Positions 18,049-27,488 are shown, numbered from the stretch's first letter. The stretch is DNA of 64,000 nucleotides from Anaerolineae bacterium (GCA_034437255.1 DAOTUH010000126.1:19198-83197); one strand, 5' to 3'. The notes: generated from the letters alone by a model not told the origin. Made by a program: numbers and translations.

Positions 18049-20090
18049 CGTTGCGTCGCCTCCCACCGCTCGCGCAGCTCGGCCGTGAATTGATGTGTGC
18101 TACCCCAGAAGACGTTGATCTCAGCATCCTGGAAATACTGGCGCAGGAAGTGCTGCACGGCGCCTACGTCCTCCACCTTCCCACTGGCGCTGTCCAGTTG
18201 TACCGTGACGTGCTTGAAACGGTGTCGCTGATTGAGCGTGGTCACCAAGCCCCGCAGGATCACGCGAAACTCCCAATCGTAGAGGCTGTACCCGATGAAG
18301 AGCAGCGTGCTGTTAGCCAGCGCGCCCCGGATGTACGTGGGGATGCGCTCCATCTCCGCCGAGACCTTGACGAGGAAGTCGAGGTAGTGATCGGAGGTGA
18401 GCACCAGGGATTCCGGCACCTCGTCGTGACCGAAGAGATGGTAGACCAGCGGCGTGTCCGGCGTCGGCACGTAGTTGGGATCATCGGCAAAGCGGCTGGA
18501 GAGCCAATCCAGGTCGCGGTGCCAGGGGCAGATCTCGCGTTCAGCGTCTCGACCGCGCGCGGCTAGGGCCGCCGTCATGAAGTTATCGAGGTTGGTGGTG
18601 ACGTAGAGCGGCAAATTTAGATCTGCCAGCACCTCGTGCGGATCGTTAGGATCGTCACCGGCGATGCGCTGCCATTCCACTGCATCCACCAGATCCGACA
18701 CGCTCTCCGGCGGTTGGGATGGTTGCAATTCCTCCGGCAATCGCTCGTAGAAATGGTTCACCATGGTACTCAGCAGTTCGTAGCGGGGGAAATCCTCGCC
18801 CTGGCTGCTGGCGAGATACTGCGCCACCCACGGCAAGACGATGCGGTCGGCGAAGGGATAGGCGTGAAGTCGCGTCCACCCACCGGCGATTTCTCGGGGC
18901 AGGGGCAACCAGCGCCCATGCACTCTTGGCCCGATCACGGGGATGCACTTGCCGCGCTGGATCATACGCAGGAGTCCGGTCCAGAAGATCCGGGGATTCT
19001 GCCCACCCAGCACCGCGCCGCGCGCGTCGGCTTCGGCGCTCCACAGTTGGGCTGACTTGAGCCGCATAAAGAGCACGGGCACGGCAGCATCGGGGCGACC
19101 GGCGGAAAGCAACGTGCTCCGCGCCACGTTGAGCGCCACGTCCACCTGCCCGTCTTCAAGGAGTCGACAGTAGAACGTCGCGCTGAGCTTGCGGGCCGTC
19201 TCCACCGCCACAAAATCCTGCATGGCAACGACGGCGGGCACGCCGACGGCGACCAGCTTCGGCGCCAGTCCCCGGAAGGCGTCGCCGGTAGCCCGCTGCG
19301 CGCTCTGGCAGGCATTCAGAAAGATCAGGCGGGGTCGCACGTCCTGGCGCGCCAGCGTATGCACCAGCGCCTCGTCGGTAACGAGCTCCGTGGCGCCGTC
19401 CTCGTTCTGGAGAAAGAGCACGGCCCGCTCGCGCCGCCGGCTGTAGGCGCCGTGCCCCACGTAGTGCAGGATGTGATACCCTTCGCGCAACGCTGCTTCA
19501 AGCCGTTCCAGCGTGACGGGCGGCTCCAGAAAATCGAGGGCGATCTCGTCCTCGCTCATCTCTTCAAAAGCCGCCGTGAGCAGCGCGCGCTCGGTCTCCG
19601 TCTCCACCGGCGTCAGCTCGTAGGCCGATGCCAGATCACTGGGATTGGAGATGACCGCCAGCACACGAATGGGGCGTTCTTCGACGGCGCCGCCCCAAGG
19701 TAGCGAGACGGGCAGATAGCGCGAGAAGGGTGTCTTCGCCGTCGCCGAGAGCAGCGTCGTCCCGGTGTGGAGCAGTTCCCAGGGCAGCACGTGGAGCTCC
19801 GCCGCCTGCGCGTCGATGCGCAGCCTGATCCGGCGGCGTTCCGCTTGCCCGCGCACCTCGCTCCAGGCCTGGCGCAGCGCGTCGTCTTCTAGAAGCAAAT
19901 CGAGGAGCTGCTGCCCATCGGCTACGGGATCGCCGCTAGAGGTCCAGTTGGCCGCCTCCGCCGCCAGATAACCCCGGGGGAACTCCTGCTCTCCCTCAAG
20001 CGTGATCTCGACGGGATACCCTTGCTCTCGTCGGGGAAAGATGCGGACTTCCAAATCCGCGAATCCGTTCTTGGTGCCGGTTTCACGCAT
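18045..20090 (-). CDS. CHAT-domain protease fused to SIR2-like (SIR2_2-type) domain
   Basis: CHAT His/Cys dyad HYVGHG...LIFLNACQSA. C-terminal PLYVTTNLDNF...LLFIGYSLYDWEFRVIL matches SIR2_2-like motifs. ATG at 20090 with AAGGA SD preferred over the TTG at 20186. Confidence 0.8.
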   Translation of the reverse strand: MRETGTKNGFADLEVRIFPRREQGYPVEITLEGEQEFPRGYLAAEAANWTSSGDPVADGQQLLDLLLEDDALRQAWSEVRGQAERRRIRLRIDAQAAELHVLPWELLHTGTTLLSATAKTPFSRYLPVSLPWGGAVEERPIRVLAVISNPSDLASAYELTPVETETERALLTAAFEEMSEDEIALDFLEPPVTLERLEAALREGYHILHYVGHGAYSRRRERAVLFLQNEDGATELVTDEALVHTLARQDVRPRLIFLNACQSAQRATGDAFRGLAPKLVAVGVPAVVAMQDFVAVETARKLSATFYCRLLEDGQVDVALNVARSTLLSAGRPDAAVPVLFMRLKSAQLWSAEADARGAVLGGQNPRIFWTGLLRMIQRGKCIPVIGPRVHGRWLPLPREIAGGWTRLHAYPFADRIVLPWVAQYLASSQGEDFPRYELLSTMVNHFYERLPEELQPSQPPESVSDLVDAVEWQRIAGDDPNDPHEVLADLNLPLYVTTNLDNFMTAALAARGRDAEREICPWHRDLDWLSSRFADDPNYVPTPDTPLVYHLFGHDEVPESLVLTSDHYLDFLVKVSAEMERIPTYIRGALANSTLLFIGYSLYDWEFRVILRGLVTTLNQRHRFKHVTVQLDSASGKVEDVGAVQHFLRQYFQDAEINVFWGSTHQFTAELRERWEATQR

Positions 20091-20206
20091 GATCGTATCC
20101 TTGGCTATGGAAAATGCGCCACTTGAAGTGTGTCGGCCCAGATTCACCGAAGGTTCAAAAATAGTATAGCATAGATTTGAGGGCAAAACAATAGAGGTGT
20201 GGGAAG

Positions 20207-20262
20207 TGTTGCGTGTTGCGTATTGCGTGTTGCGTGTTGCGTGTTGCGTGTTGCGTGTTGCG
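20207..20262. repeat. Heptanucleotide microsatellite (TGTTGCG)x8, one unit TATTGCG
   Basis: Directly visible. Lies in the divergent intergenic region between the CHAT-SIR2 operon start and degV. Confidence 0.95.
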
Positions 20263-20386
20263 TGATGGTCTCTGTCGGGGTTTGACTTTGTAGGCGTACG
20301 ATGAGAGGATGCCGGGGCGGATGGGTGTCTTGAGTCTGGTGTGGAGTATAATAAGAATCGACAATAAGAGATCCAGGAAGGAGATT

Positions 20387-21250
20387 ATGAGCAGTTCAAA
20401 GGTAGCACTGGTCACCGATAGCACCTGCGATATTCCCGTCGAGATGGTAGAGCGGTACGAGATTGTCGTCATTCCGGCGTACGTCATCTGGGGTGAGGAG
20501 CAATTCAAGGACCGTGTGGATCTGCATGCCAGGGAGTTCTATCAACGTTTGCAGAGCGATTCGGTCTATCCGTCGTCGTCTCATCCTACGCCCGGCGATT
20601 TCTTCAAGCTTTACCAGCGCCTGATTGACGAGGGCGCCGAGGAGATCGTGGTCGTCACTGTGAGTAGTGCCATGAGCGGCACGTACAACGCCGCCAAACA
20701 GGCCGGCGGGATGGTTGAGTCTCCCGTCCACGTGGTGGATTCGAAGGGACCGTCTATGTCTCTGGGCTGGCAGGTGCTGGCGGCGGCCCGGGCGCGCGAG
20801 GCCGGCGGCGGGGCGGAGGCCATGGTCGCCGCGGCCGAGGACGCGCGCTCGCGCATGGCCCAGCTGGTCTACATGGAGTCCATCGAGTATCTCCACAAGG
20901 GCGGGCGCATCGGCAACGCGGTGAATCTACTGGGGACGCTGCTCAAAATCAAGCCCGTGGTGTACATCGATCACGAGACCGGCATGGTGAACGTGGAGAC
21001 CGCCGCGCGCACGCGCAAGCGCGGCATCAACACGCTCTACAAGGGCTTCTTCAAGCGGCTGGACACGACGAAGCCGCTCCACGTCGCCGTGCTCCATGGC
21101 GACGTGCCGGAGGACGCGCAGGCGCTGGCGGCGCGCATCCGCGAGGAACTCAACCCTAAGGAACTGGTCATCAACATCACCGGGCCCGTGCTGGGAATCA
21201 ACACCGGCCCGGAGGCGCTGGCGCTGGCGGGATATACGGAAGCGACATAG
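20387..21250 (+). CDS. DegV family fatty-acid-binding protein
   Basis: KVALVTDSTCDIP N-terminus and overall DegV/EDD fold signature. GGAAGGAG SD before the ATG at 20387. Confidence 0.85.
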   Translation: MSSSKVALVTDSTCDIPVEMVERYEIVVIPAYVIWGEEQFKDRVDLHAREFYQRLQSDSVYPSSSHPTPGDFFKLYQRLIDEGAEEIVVVTVSSAMSGTYNAAKQAGGMVESPVHVVDSKGPSMSLGWQVLAAARAREAGGGAEAMVAAAEDARSRMAQLVYMESIEYLHKGGRIGNAVNLLGTLLKIKPVVYIDHETGMVNVETAARTRKRGINTLYKGFFKRLDTTKPLHVAVLHGDVPEDAQALAARIREELNPKELVINITGPVLGINTGPEALALAGYTEAT

Positions 21251-21346
21251 GCTCGTAGTCAGCGACAAAGCGTGAGCGGAGTCGCGTCTTGAGACGGCGC
21301 TCCGGCTGCGCCTGCGTGCCTGACTACAAACTTACGGGAGGTTTCT

Positions 21347-21700
21347 ATGACGACCAAAGTCATCGTACACGTCGATCTGGATGACGTCACGCGCGTGAAA
21401 AGCGCGTTAGCCAACATCGAGAATCTGCTGGCTGCCGTAAATCCACGTGAGGCCGACGTGGTACTGTTAGCCAACGGGCAAGCGGTGAAGTTTCTGCAGA
21501 CTGAGACCAGCGTAGGCTACGCGGATCGGCTCCAGCGGCTGACGCGGTTGGGCGTGCGCGTCCTCGTCTGCCGGAACTCGCTGGAGCATCTGGAGATCGC
21601 GCCGGAACGCCTGCTTGACGTCTGCCAGATCGTGCCCGCCGGCATTGTGACGCTGGCCCGTCTGCAGAACGAGGAAGAATTCGGTTACGTCAAGCCATGA
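21347..21700 (+). CDS. DsrE/DsrF-like (YchN-like) family protein
   Basis: 117 aa, MTTKVIVHVDLDD...VLLANGQAV, typical size and pattern. GGGAGG SD. Confidence 0.55.
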   Translation: MTTKVIVHVDLDDVTRVKSALANIENLLAAVNPREADVVLLANGQAVKFLQTETSVGYADRLQRLTRLGVRVLVCRNSLEHLEIAPERLLDVCQIVPAGIVTLARLQNEEEFGYVKP

Positions 21701-21822
21701 GGTGATTGAGGTCGAGTTGTGCAAGATAGGTTCGTATTAGCGACGAAGTCCTTGGACACTTGGCCTGGGGCCAATGCCCAAGGGTTGCCCGTGGGGCAGG
21801 CATCAGCGGAGTCGCGTTTCTC

Positions 21823-22125
21823 TTAGAACCTAACGGAGAAAGGAGGATAAGGATCATTACGAACTTGCTCTTCGTACTCTGAGCGTCCTTTATGACAAGC
21901 GAAAATCGACATCAATAAGGATTTGCGAATTCGAAGCTGCTTTGCGATCAGGCTTTCTAATTTACGAGAAAGCTCTTTTTGTCCATGGGACACCTTAGTT
22001 GCGATAGTCGGTAGACCAGGAAGAGAAAGCTCATACCAAACATGATCAGCACTACGATGCTTCGCCTCAGTGAACCCTAATTTGCGCGTAAGAGCCTTTT
22101 CCAATTTATGGACTTTGATCGGCAT
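21823..22125 (-). CDS. HicA-like toxin (YcfA family) candidate
   Basis: KLEKALTRKLGFTEAKHRSADHVWYEL and VSHGQKELSRKLESLIAKQL match the HicA consensus pattern. AT-rich context. Confidence 0.5.
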   Translation of the reverse strand: MPIKVHKLEKALTRKLGFTEAKHRSADHVWYELSLPGLPTIATKVSHGQKELSRKLESLIAKQLRIRKSLLMSIFACHKGRSEYEEQVRNDPYPPFSVRF

Positions 22126-22131
22126 TTGTTT

Positions 22132-22389
22132 CTAAGCAGGAATAGGGCGAAGATATGATTTCAGATGACGGAACAAAGATCGAGTTGGCCCATCTGTTTT
22201 GTCAACAAGAATATCATAGTACTCCAGCAAAGACTGTATATAATCCGCACGAGCGGCTTCTAGCGAATCCCCATATCCATAAACGAGAAAAATGTCATTG
22301 CTAATGATAAAAAAGCCCTCGTCTCGTTCGATGTCTAGAGCGATAGGTTTTACGATCTTCCAACCGGGAGCAATTTTGCCGGTCAGCAC
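22132..22389 (-). CDS. HicB-like antitoxin (UPF0150-like) candidate
   Basis: 85 aa. IERDEGFFIISNDIFLVYGYGDSLEAARADYIQSL resembles HicB N-domain. Lies 7 nt upstream of the HicA-like gene. Confidence 0.45.
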   Translation of the reverse strand: MLTGKIAPGWKIVKPIALDIERDEGFFIISNDIFLVYGYGDSLEAARADYIQSLLEYYDILVDKTDGPTRSLFRHLKSYLRPIPA

Positions 22390-22695
22390 AACACGGAGGT
22401 CGGGCTCTTAGCAGGTTCAGTACGAGACGCCAAGCCGACGCGAGTGAAAGTATCACTAGCATGAGTGTGCCAGTCTCCTGACGAAACATGGTACCGTTTG
22501 ACCAAGACAGTCATCTATTTTACTCCTCTTCTGTTTCCTCGGGAGTCTCTACATCAGTAAAAACTGATTCCTCGTCTTCTTCGGTACTATCCCATTCCTC
22601 GCGAAGTAAACATCCTATCGCCAACCAACGGGCAAGCAGTAAAATTCCTGAAGTCCAAGACCAACGCAGCGTACGTGCGTCACCTCTAGTATGAG

Positions 22696-24522
22696 TCAAA
22701 CCATGAGTTGGTCGAGATTAAGTTGCTTCAAAGTTAGTCCGGTGGGCGCGCCCGTCTCCAGATCCCAGCCGTATTCGGCGTAGGCGCCCGCGAGCAGCGC
22801 GTCCAGGTCGGGGACGTGGCCCTCGGTGCCACCCTCCAGGGATTTGCGCAGCAGCTTCGGCAGGCGCTCGTCGGCGCGCGTGAGGCCCCGTTGCAGGTTG
22901 AGCAACCGCTTGAGCGTGACCATGCGCTTGCCCAACGTGAGCAGATCCTCGGTCGCCAGGTCCCAACCCGTGACGGCGTTCATGGCGCGCAGCACCCGCT
23001 CGACGCCGGGATTCTGGAACTGGCAGAGGATCATGGCGTTGTAGAGCGAGCGCCACGCCTGATGCCGCGCTGCCATTTGCCCCTTGGCCTCGGAGTCATC
23101 GAAGCGGTCGCCGGGCGTCACGCCCAGCTCGAAGGGCGGCCCCTGGCCCGTATCGACGCCGTACATGTCGCCCTGCATGTGGCAGGCGCCGCGCGGGGAG
23201 AGCGCGTAGGTCGCGGCCATGGCGCCAAAGGCGCGGGGATCGTGCATAGGCACCTCGAGCTGGTTTACGGTGACGGCCAGCTCGGGCGCGCCGACGTGGG
23301 CCGCCAGCGCAGCGCTGCCGTCGGCCAGCAGCGCGCCGATGCCCTCCCGGTGCGCCATCAATTCGATAAGGCGATGCGCGGTCTCGACGTCGCCGTAGCG
23401 GATCTCCAGGCCGCCGGTCTCCTCGGGCGTGAGCATGCCTCGCTCGAAGAGCTCGCAGGTCAGCGCGAGGGTGCTGCCGGTGCTGATGGTGTCGAGGCCA
23501 TAGCGGTTGCAGAGGTGCCCCGCCTTGATCACCGCCTGCAGGTCATCGATCATCATCAGCGAACCGAAGGCGATGATGGTCTCGTACTCCGGCCCGTCGA
23601 CGCGGTCCAGGCCGTAGCGAGGCGCGCGGGTCTCGCGCCCACAGACGATGGGACAGCGATAGCAAGCGCGGTTGCGGTTCTGGTATTGCTCGGCCATGAG
23701 CACGCCGGAGAGGTTGCTGGCTTCGGGCCAGCGCCCCTGCTGGAAATAGCGGATGGGCACGTCGCCGTACATCAGCCCCATATCGACGTAGCCGGCGGTG
23801 CCCGCCATGCGCAGCGACATCGCCGCCACGTCCTCGTCGAGGTCGGCCAGGATCTCCTTGACCACGGCTTTGAACGCGGCCTCGTCGGCCAGCGGGACGG
23901 ACGCCGTGCCCCGCACGCCGATGGCCTTGAGCCCCTTGGCGCCCATGACGGCGCCCATGCCGGTGCGCCCGGCAGCGCGCCCGTGGTCGTTCATCACGGC
24001 GGCCATAAGCGCGCGGTGCTCCCCCGCCGGGCCGATGCAGGCGACGCGGGCCTTGGGCTCGTCCAGCCGCTCGCGGACGCGATCCTGGGTCTCGTAGCTA
24101 TCGAGGCCCCAGAGCGCCGTTGCGTCGTGCAGCGCGGCGTCGCCCTCCACGATGGAGAGCCAGACCGGCTGCTCGGCCTGCCCGGTGATGACGACGCCGT
24201 CGTAGCCGGCGAAGCGCAGTTCCGGCCCGAAGAAGCCGCCCGCGTTGGCCTCGCCCCAGATGCCGGTGGCGGGCGAGAGCGCGCAGACGCTGTACCGTCC
24301 CGCCGAGGGCATGGTGGTGCCCACCAACGGGCCGGTCATGAAGATCAGGGGGTTCTCCGGGCCGAGGGGATCGGTAGTCGCGTCCACCAGGTCGTAGGCG
24401 TAGCGCGCCGCCAGCCCGCTCCCGCCGACGAAGCGGCGAGCATAGGTCGCGTCGACAGCCTCGTCACGCAGTTGGCCGGTCGTGAGATCGACGTATAGAG
24501 TTTTGCCTGTATAGCCGTACAT
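22696..24522 (-). CDS. aor: Aldehyde ferredoxin oxidoreductase (tungsten AOR family)
   Basis: 608 aa. N-terminal MYGYTGKTLYVDLTTG and full-length AOR-like sequence. Confidence 0.9.
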   Translation of the reverse strand: MYGYTGKTLYVDLTTGQLRDEAVDATYARRFVGGSGLAARYAYDLVDATTDPLGPENPLIFMTGPLVGTTMPSAGRYSVCALSPATGIWGEANAGGFFGPELRFAGYDGVVITGQAEQPVWLSIVEGDAALHDATALWGLDSYETQDRVRERLDEPKARVACIGPAGEHRALMAAVMNDHGRAAGRTGMGAVMGAKGLKAIGVRGTASVPLADEAAFKAVVKEILADLDEDVAAMSLRMAGTAGYVDMGLMYGDVPIRYFQQGRWPEASNLSGVLMAEQYQNRNRACYRCPIVCGRETRAPRYGLDRVDGPEYETIIAFGSLMMIDDLQAVIKAGHLCNRYGLDTISTGSTLALTCELFERGMLTPEETGGLEIRYGDVETAHRLIELMAHREGIGALLADGSAALAAHVGAPELAVTVNQLEVPMHDPRAFGAMAATYALSPRGACHMQGDMYGVDTGQGPPFELGVTPGDRFDDSEAKGQMAARHQAWRSLYNAMILCQFQNPGVERVLRAMNAVTGWDLATEDLLTLGKRMVTLKRLLNLQRGLTRADERLPKLLRKSLEGGTEGHVPDLDALLAGAYAEYGWDLETGAPTGLTLKQLNLDQLMV

Positions 24523-24614
24523 AATGATCTCCCTGGATAGTCAGATAGTCGTTAGTCGGGTAGTCGCTTAGTCATCTGGTCATTTTCAGGCGATAGAACG
24601 GACATAAGAAAGTC

Positions 24615-24759
24615 GTATCCGTTTAGTATTTTGGAGGTGCGACGCACTTAGGGATGCACATGCTACTGAATCTTCATGAACGACGCAAGAAGCCTCTGGT
24701 ATCATAGACTTGGGTTCGAAAGTGCGTTGCACCTGTCGTTTGCTCACAAAACTAAACGA
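24615..24759 (+). repeat. Conserved structured element E, divergent copy D
   Basis: Shares CCGTTTAG...GAGGTGCGACGCACT...AGTGCGTTGCACCTG...CTAAACG framework with copies at 30184, 42973 and 47229. Interior differs. Confidence 0.45.
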
Positions 24760-24850
24760 TTACAGAAAGTCAACGGATGCAAAAGGATGCAACGGATGGA
24801 ACGGATTAAAGATCAGAAATCCGTTCCATCCGCTAAATCCGTCGATCTGA

Positions 24851-26017
24851 TCAGAAGTCGATGGACTCGCCCTCATAGGCATATTCAAAGAAGCGCCGCA
24901 GTTCGTCCACGTTGGGTGTGCGGGCGGAGGCCACCAGGGAGCCGTCGGTGAAGGCTTTCTCCACCAGGGCCTCGACGTTGGCCTCGAACTCCGCGCGGCT
25001 GACGCCTATCTCCGCGATGCTGACCGGGCTATCGAGGTCGCGGAGGAGTGTGCGGACGCATAGCGCCAGCGCGCGAGCCGCCGCCACGTCGTCATGCTCC
25101 TCGGCACAGCCAACGACCTCGGCCAGCTCTGCGAAGCGCGCCGGCGCTTCCCGGGCGATGAACTCAACGGTATACGGGAGCAGCAGGCCGACGGCGCGAC
25201 CGTGGGGGACGTGGAAGACGGCGCCAAGCGCGTGTCCCGTCGCGTGGGCCATGGACGCCAGGGCGTTGCCGAAGCCCAATCCGGCCAGCGTCGCCGCGTT
25301 GTGCATCTTGGTGCGCGCCTCGCGGTCAGCGCCGTCGGCGTAGGCGCGCGGCAGATAGGTCATAATCTTGCGGATAGCGTCCAGGCAGAGGCCATCGGTC
25401 ATGTCGGTGTGCCAGGTGCAGGTGTAGCCTTCGAAGGCGTGGGCCAGCGCGTCGAGGCCGGTGTCGGCGGTGAGCTGGGGCGGCATCTCCATCACCATGT
25501 CGGGATCGACGATGGCGAGGTCGGCAACGTTCTCGCGGTTGCCCAGGCTCAGCTTACGCTGCGCGCCGGTGTCGGTGAGGATGATGGGCCAGGTGACCTC
25601 GGCGCCGGTGCCGCTGGTGGTGGGCACGGTGATGAGCCGCGCTTTTTCCCGCAGCCCCAGGTCGATAAAGGGCAGGATCTCGTCGGGCGCCAGGTCGGGG
25701 CACTCGTAGAGAATCCAGATGGCCTTGGCGGCGTCCATGGCGGAGCCGCCGCCCACGCCAACAATCCAATCCGGTGCGAAGGCCTGCGCCGTCACCGCGC
25801 CCTCTCGTGCCGTTTGCAGGCTGGGTTCGGGTTCGACGGCGTCGAAGATCTCGCTGGCGAGGCCGGCCTTGGTCAGATGGCGTGTGACGGTATCGACCAG
25901 GCCCAACTCGACCAATGTTTTGTCGGTGACGACCAGCGCGCGTTCACCCTGGATATCGTCCAGCGCGTCCAGCGCATCGTCACCAAAGATGATCTGCGGA
26001 GCGGTGAAGTACCACAT
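24851..26017 (-). CDS. Iron-containing alcohol dehydrogenase
   Basis: 388 aa. GGGSAMDAAK and HAxxHxxG metal-binding motifs. Confidence 0.9.
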   Translation of the reverse strand: MWYFTAPQIIFGDDALDALDDIQGERALVVTDKTLVELGLVDTVTRHLTKAGLASEIFDAVEPEPSLQTAREGAVTAQAFAPDWIVGVGGGSAMDAAKAIWILYECPDLAPDEILPFIDLGLREKARLITVPTTSGTGAEVTWPIILTDTGAQRKLSLGNRENVADLAIVDPDMVMEMPPQLTADTGLDALAHAFEGYTCTWHTDMTDGLCLDAIRKIMTYLPRAYADGADREARTKMHNAATLAGLGFGNALASMAHATGHALGAVFHVPHGRAVGLLLPYTVEFIAREAPARFAELAEVVGCAEEHDDVAAARALALCVRTLLRDLDSPVSIAEIGVSRAEFEANVEALVEKAFTDGSLVASARTPNVDELRRFFEYAYEGESIDF

Positions 26018-26427
26018 TATTCACCAAACTCCGTGGGAATCTGGCTTGTGCAAGCCATGATCTCCTTGGCGGCCTGGGGATAGCGCATGATCTTCATCAT
26101 GTTGCCCGCAAGCTTAAGCTGACGGGTCATCAGTCCCTGGATGGGATCAATCTTGCCCTCGATGACTTTGCGCCACGTGTTGAAAGGAGCCTTGATAACG
26201 AACTCCGCCGGCTCCTCGACGAGGCTCTCCAGTTCCTTGGCGCCGGTGCTCTCGCCGTGATAGAGTCCCAGAAAGAGGTAGCGAGTCTCAGGACAGGCAT
26301 CGTCGCTCTCAACGACGAAGGTGAAGTCGCCCTCCCAGTCCTTGGCAGATTCGGCGTAGGAGTCGCTGGTGTTCAGCAACCCGCTGAGTTCTTTGATCCA
26401 TGCATCTGAGGGGAATGTCAGTGCCAT
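26017..26427 (-). CDS. SCP2 sterol-binding domain protein
   Basis: 136 aa. C-terminal KLAGNMMKIMRYPQAAKEI is an SCP2-type motif. Confidence 0.7.
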   Translation of the reverse strand: MALTFPSDAWIKELSGLLNTSDSYAESAKDWEGDFTFVVESDDACPETRYLFLGLYHGESTGAKELESLVEEPAEFVIKAPFNTWRKVIEGKIDPIQGLMTRQLKLAGNMMKIMRYPQAAKEIMACTSQIPTEFGE

Positions 26428-26582
26428 GCTTATCTCCTTGTGATAAAGTTTAGAATCTGTTATGCGTTAGTGGATATAGGCTGCGTGATACGCAAAACGT
26501 GAAACGTGAGGATATCTGTAGAAGTCACGCTTCACGTCTTACCGTCCGTCAAAAGAGGCATGATGGTAAAAGTGACACCTTG

Positions 26583-26680
26583 ATCTCGTCTGAGCCGCCC
26601 CCGGGAGCGCGGAGCCTGCCTGGAGAGGCCCGGGGCCGGGAGCATCATTGCGCGGCTTTTACCCCAATGCCAAAAGAGGC
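26583..26680 (+). repeat. GC-rich ~95-nt element F, copy 1
   Basis: About 85% identical to 31796-31895. Inverted repeat CCCCGGG...CCCGGGG. Ends in CTTTTACCCCAATG. Confidence 0.5.
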
Positions 26681-26687
26681 GTCATGA

Positions 26688-27374
26688 TTACTCGGTAGCG
26701 TAGGTCTCCTCGAAGGGCTGTAGAACCACCCAGCCGTCGCCGTCGAACTTGAGCTGGATCGATTCGCCGCTGCCCTTGCCGATAAAAGTCTTGAAGGAGA
26801 TGTCGGTCACGATCTCCGGCGATAGGGAGCCCGACCAGGCCACGGTGGCGTTGGGATCGGTGAAGATGGGCTGTCCGGCGCCGACGCGCAGCGTGAGCGG
26901 ATCGTAGTGTGTGGTAAGGGCAACGAGGCCCCGGCCCGAGAGCTCGACGTTGAAGAGCCCGCCGGCGAGCATGCTGGACGCGCGCCGCATCATCTTGATG
27001 TCCCACGTGATGCCTTCTTCGAAAGCCAGCAGATCGTTGCCGTTGACGAAGATGGTATCGTCTTCGAGCCGCAAAATCTGCACCTTCTTGCCCTCGTCGG
27101 CCAAGTAGACGCGACCCTGCCCCTCCATCCGCATGAGCCGCGCGCCTTCGCCGGAAACCATCTTTTTCAAGAGCTTCTTCATCCCCTGTTTCATGACGCT
27201 CTCGCGCGTGAACTTGACGCTGCCGACGTAGGCGATCATGGTGCCGATCTTGGCCCACGCGCGATCCTTCAGGTTGACCTCCAGCAGATAGGGATTCTCA
27301 AGTTCGAAGAAACTATTGGCCGCACTATCTTGCGCACTGGACTTCACGAATTCCTCAACCGAATACTTGGACAT
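26688..27374 (-). CDS. AIM24 family protein (DUF124)
   Basis: 228 aa beta-rich protein with the AIM24 pattern (GxxxxxxLxGxGxxxxQ). Confidence 0.75.
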   Translation of the reverse strand: MSKYSVEEFVKSSAQDSAANSFFELENPYLLEVNLKDRAWAKIGTMIAYVGSVKFTRESVMKQGMKKLLKKMVSGEGARLMRMEGQGRVYLADEGKKVQILRLEDDTIFVNGNDLLAFEEGITWDIKMMRRASSMLAGGLFNVELSGRGLVALTTHYDPLTLRVGAGQPIFTDPNATVAWSGSLSPEIVTDISFKTFIGKGSGESIQLKFDGDGWVVLQPFEETYATE

Positions 27375-27488
27375 CTCTGCCTCCTCGTTTAGGATTTGGG
27401 AGTTGATTTGTCTATAACGCCTCTATATCTATGCAGGGACATCTACGACACCTTCAACTATAGCACAAACCTGACAGTTTGTTGAATA

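Noticed and set aside
20155-20508. Minus ORF of 117 aa containing RNTQHA repeats
   Set aside because: It is a translation of the (TGTTGCG)n microsatellite and the AT-rich promoter region, with no SD or domain.
22488-22694. Ser-rich 68-aa plus ORF
   Set aside because: It is low complexity, sits in the AT-rich patch with no SD, and overlaps the likely aor terminator region.
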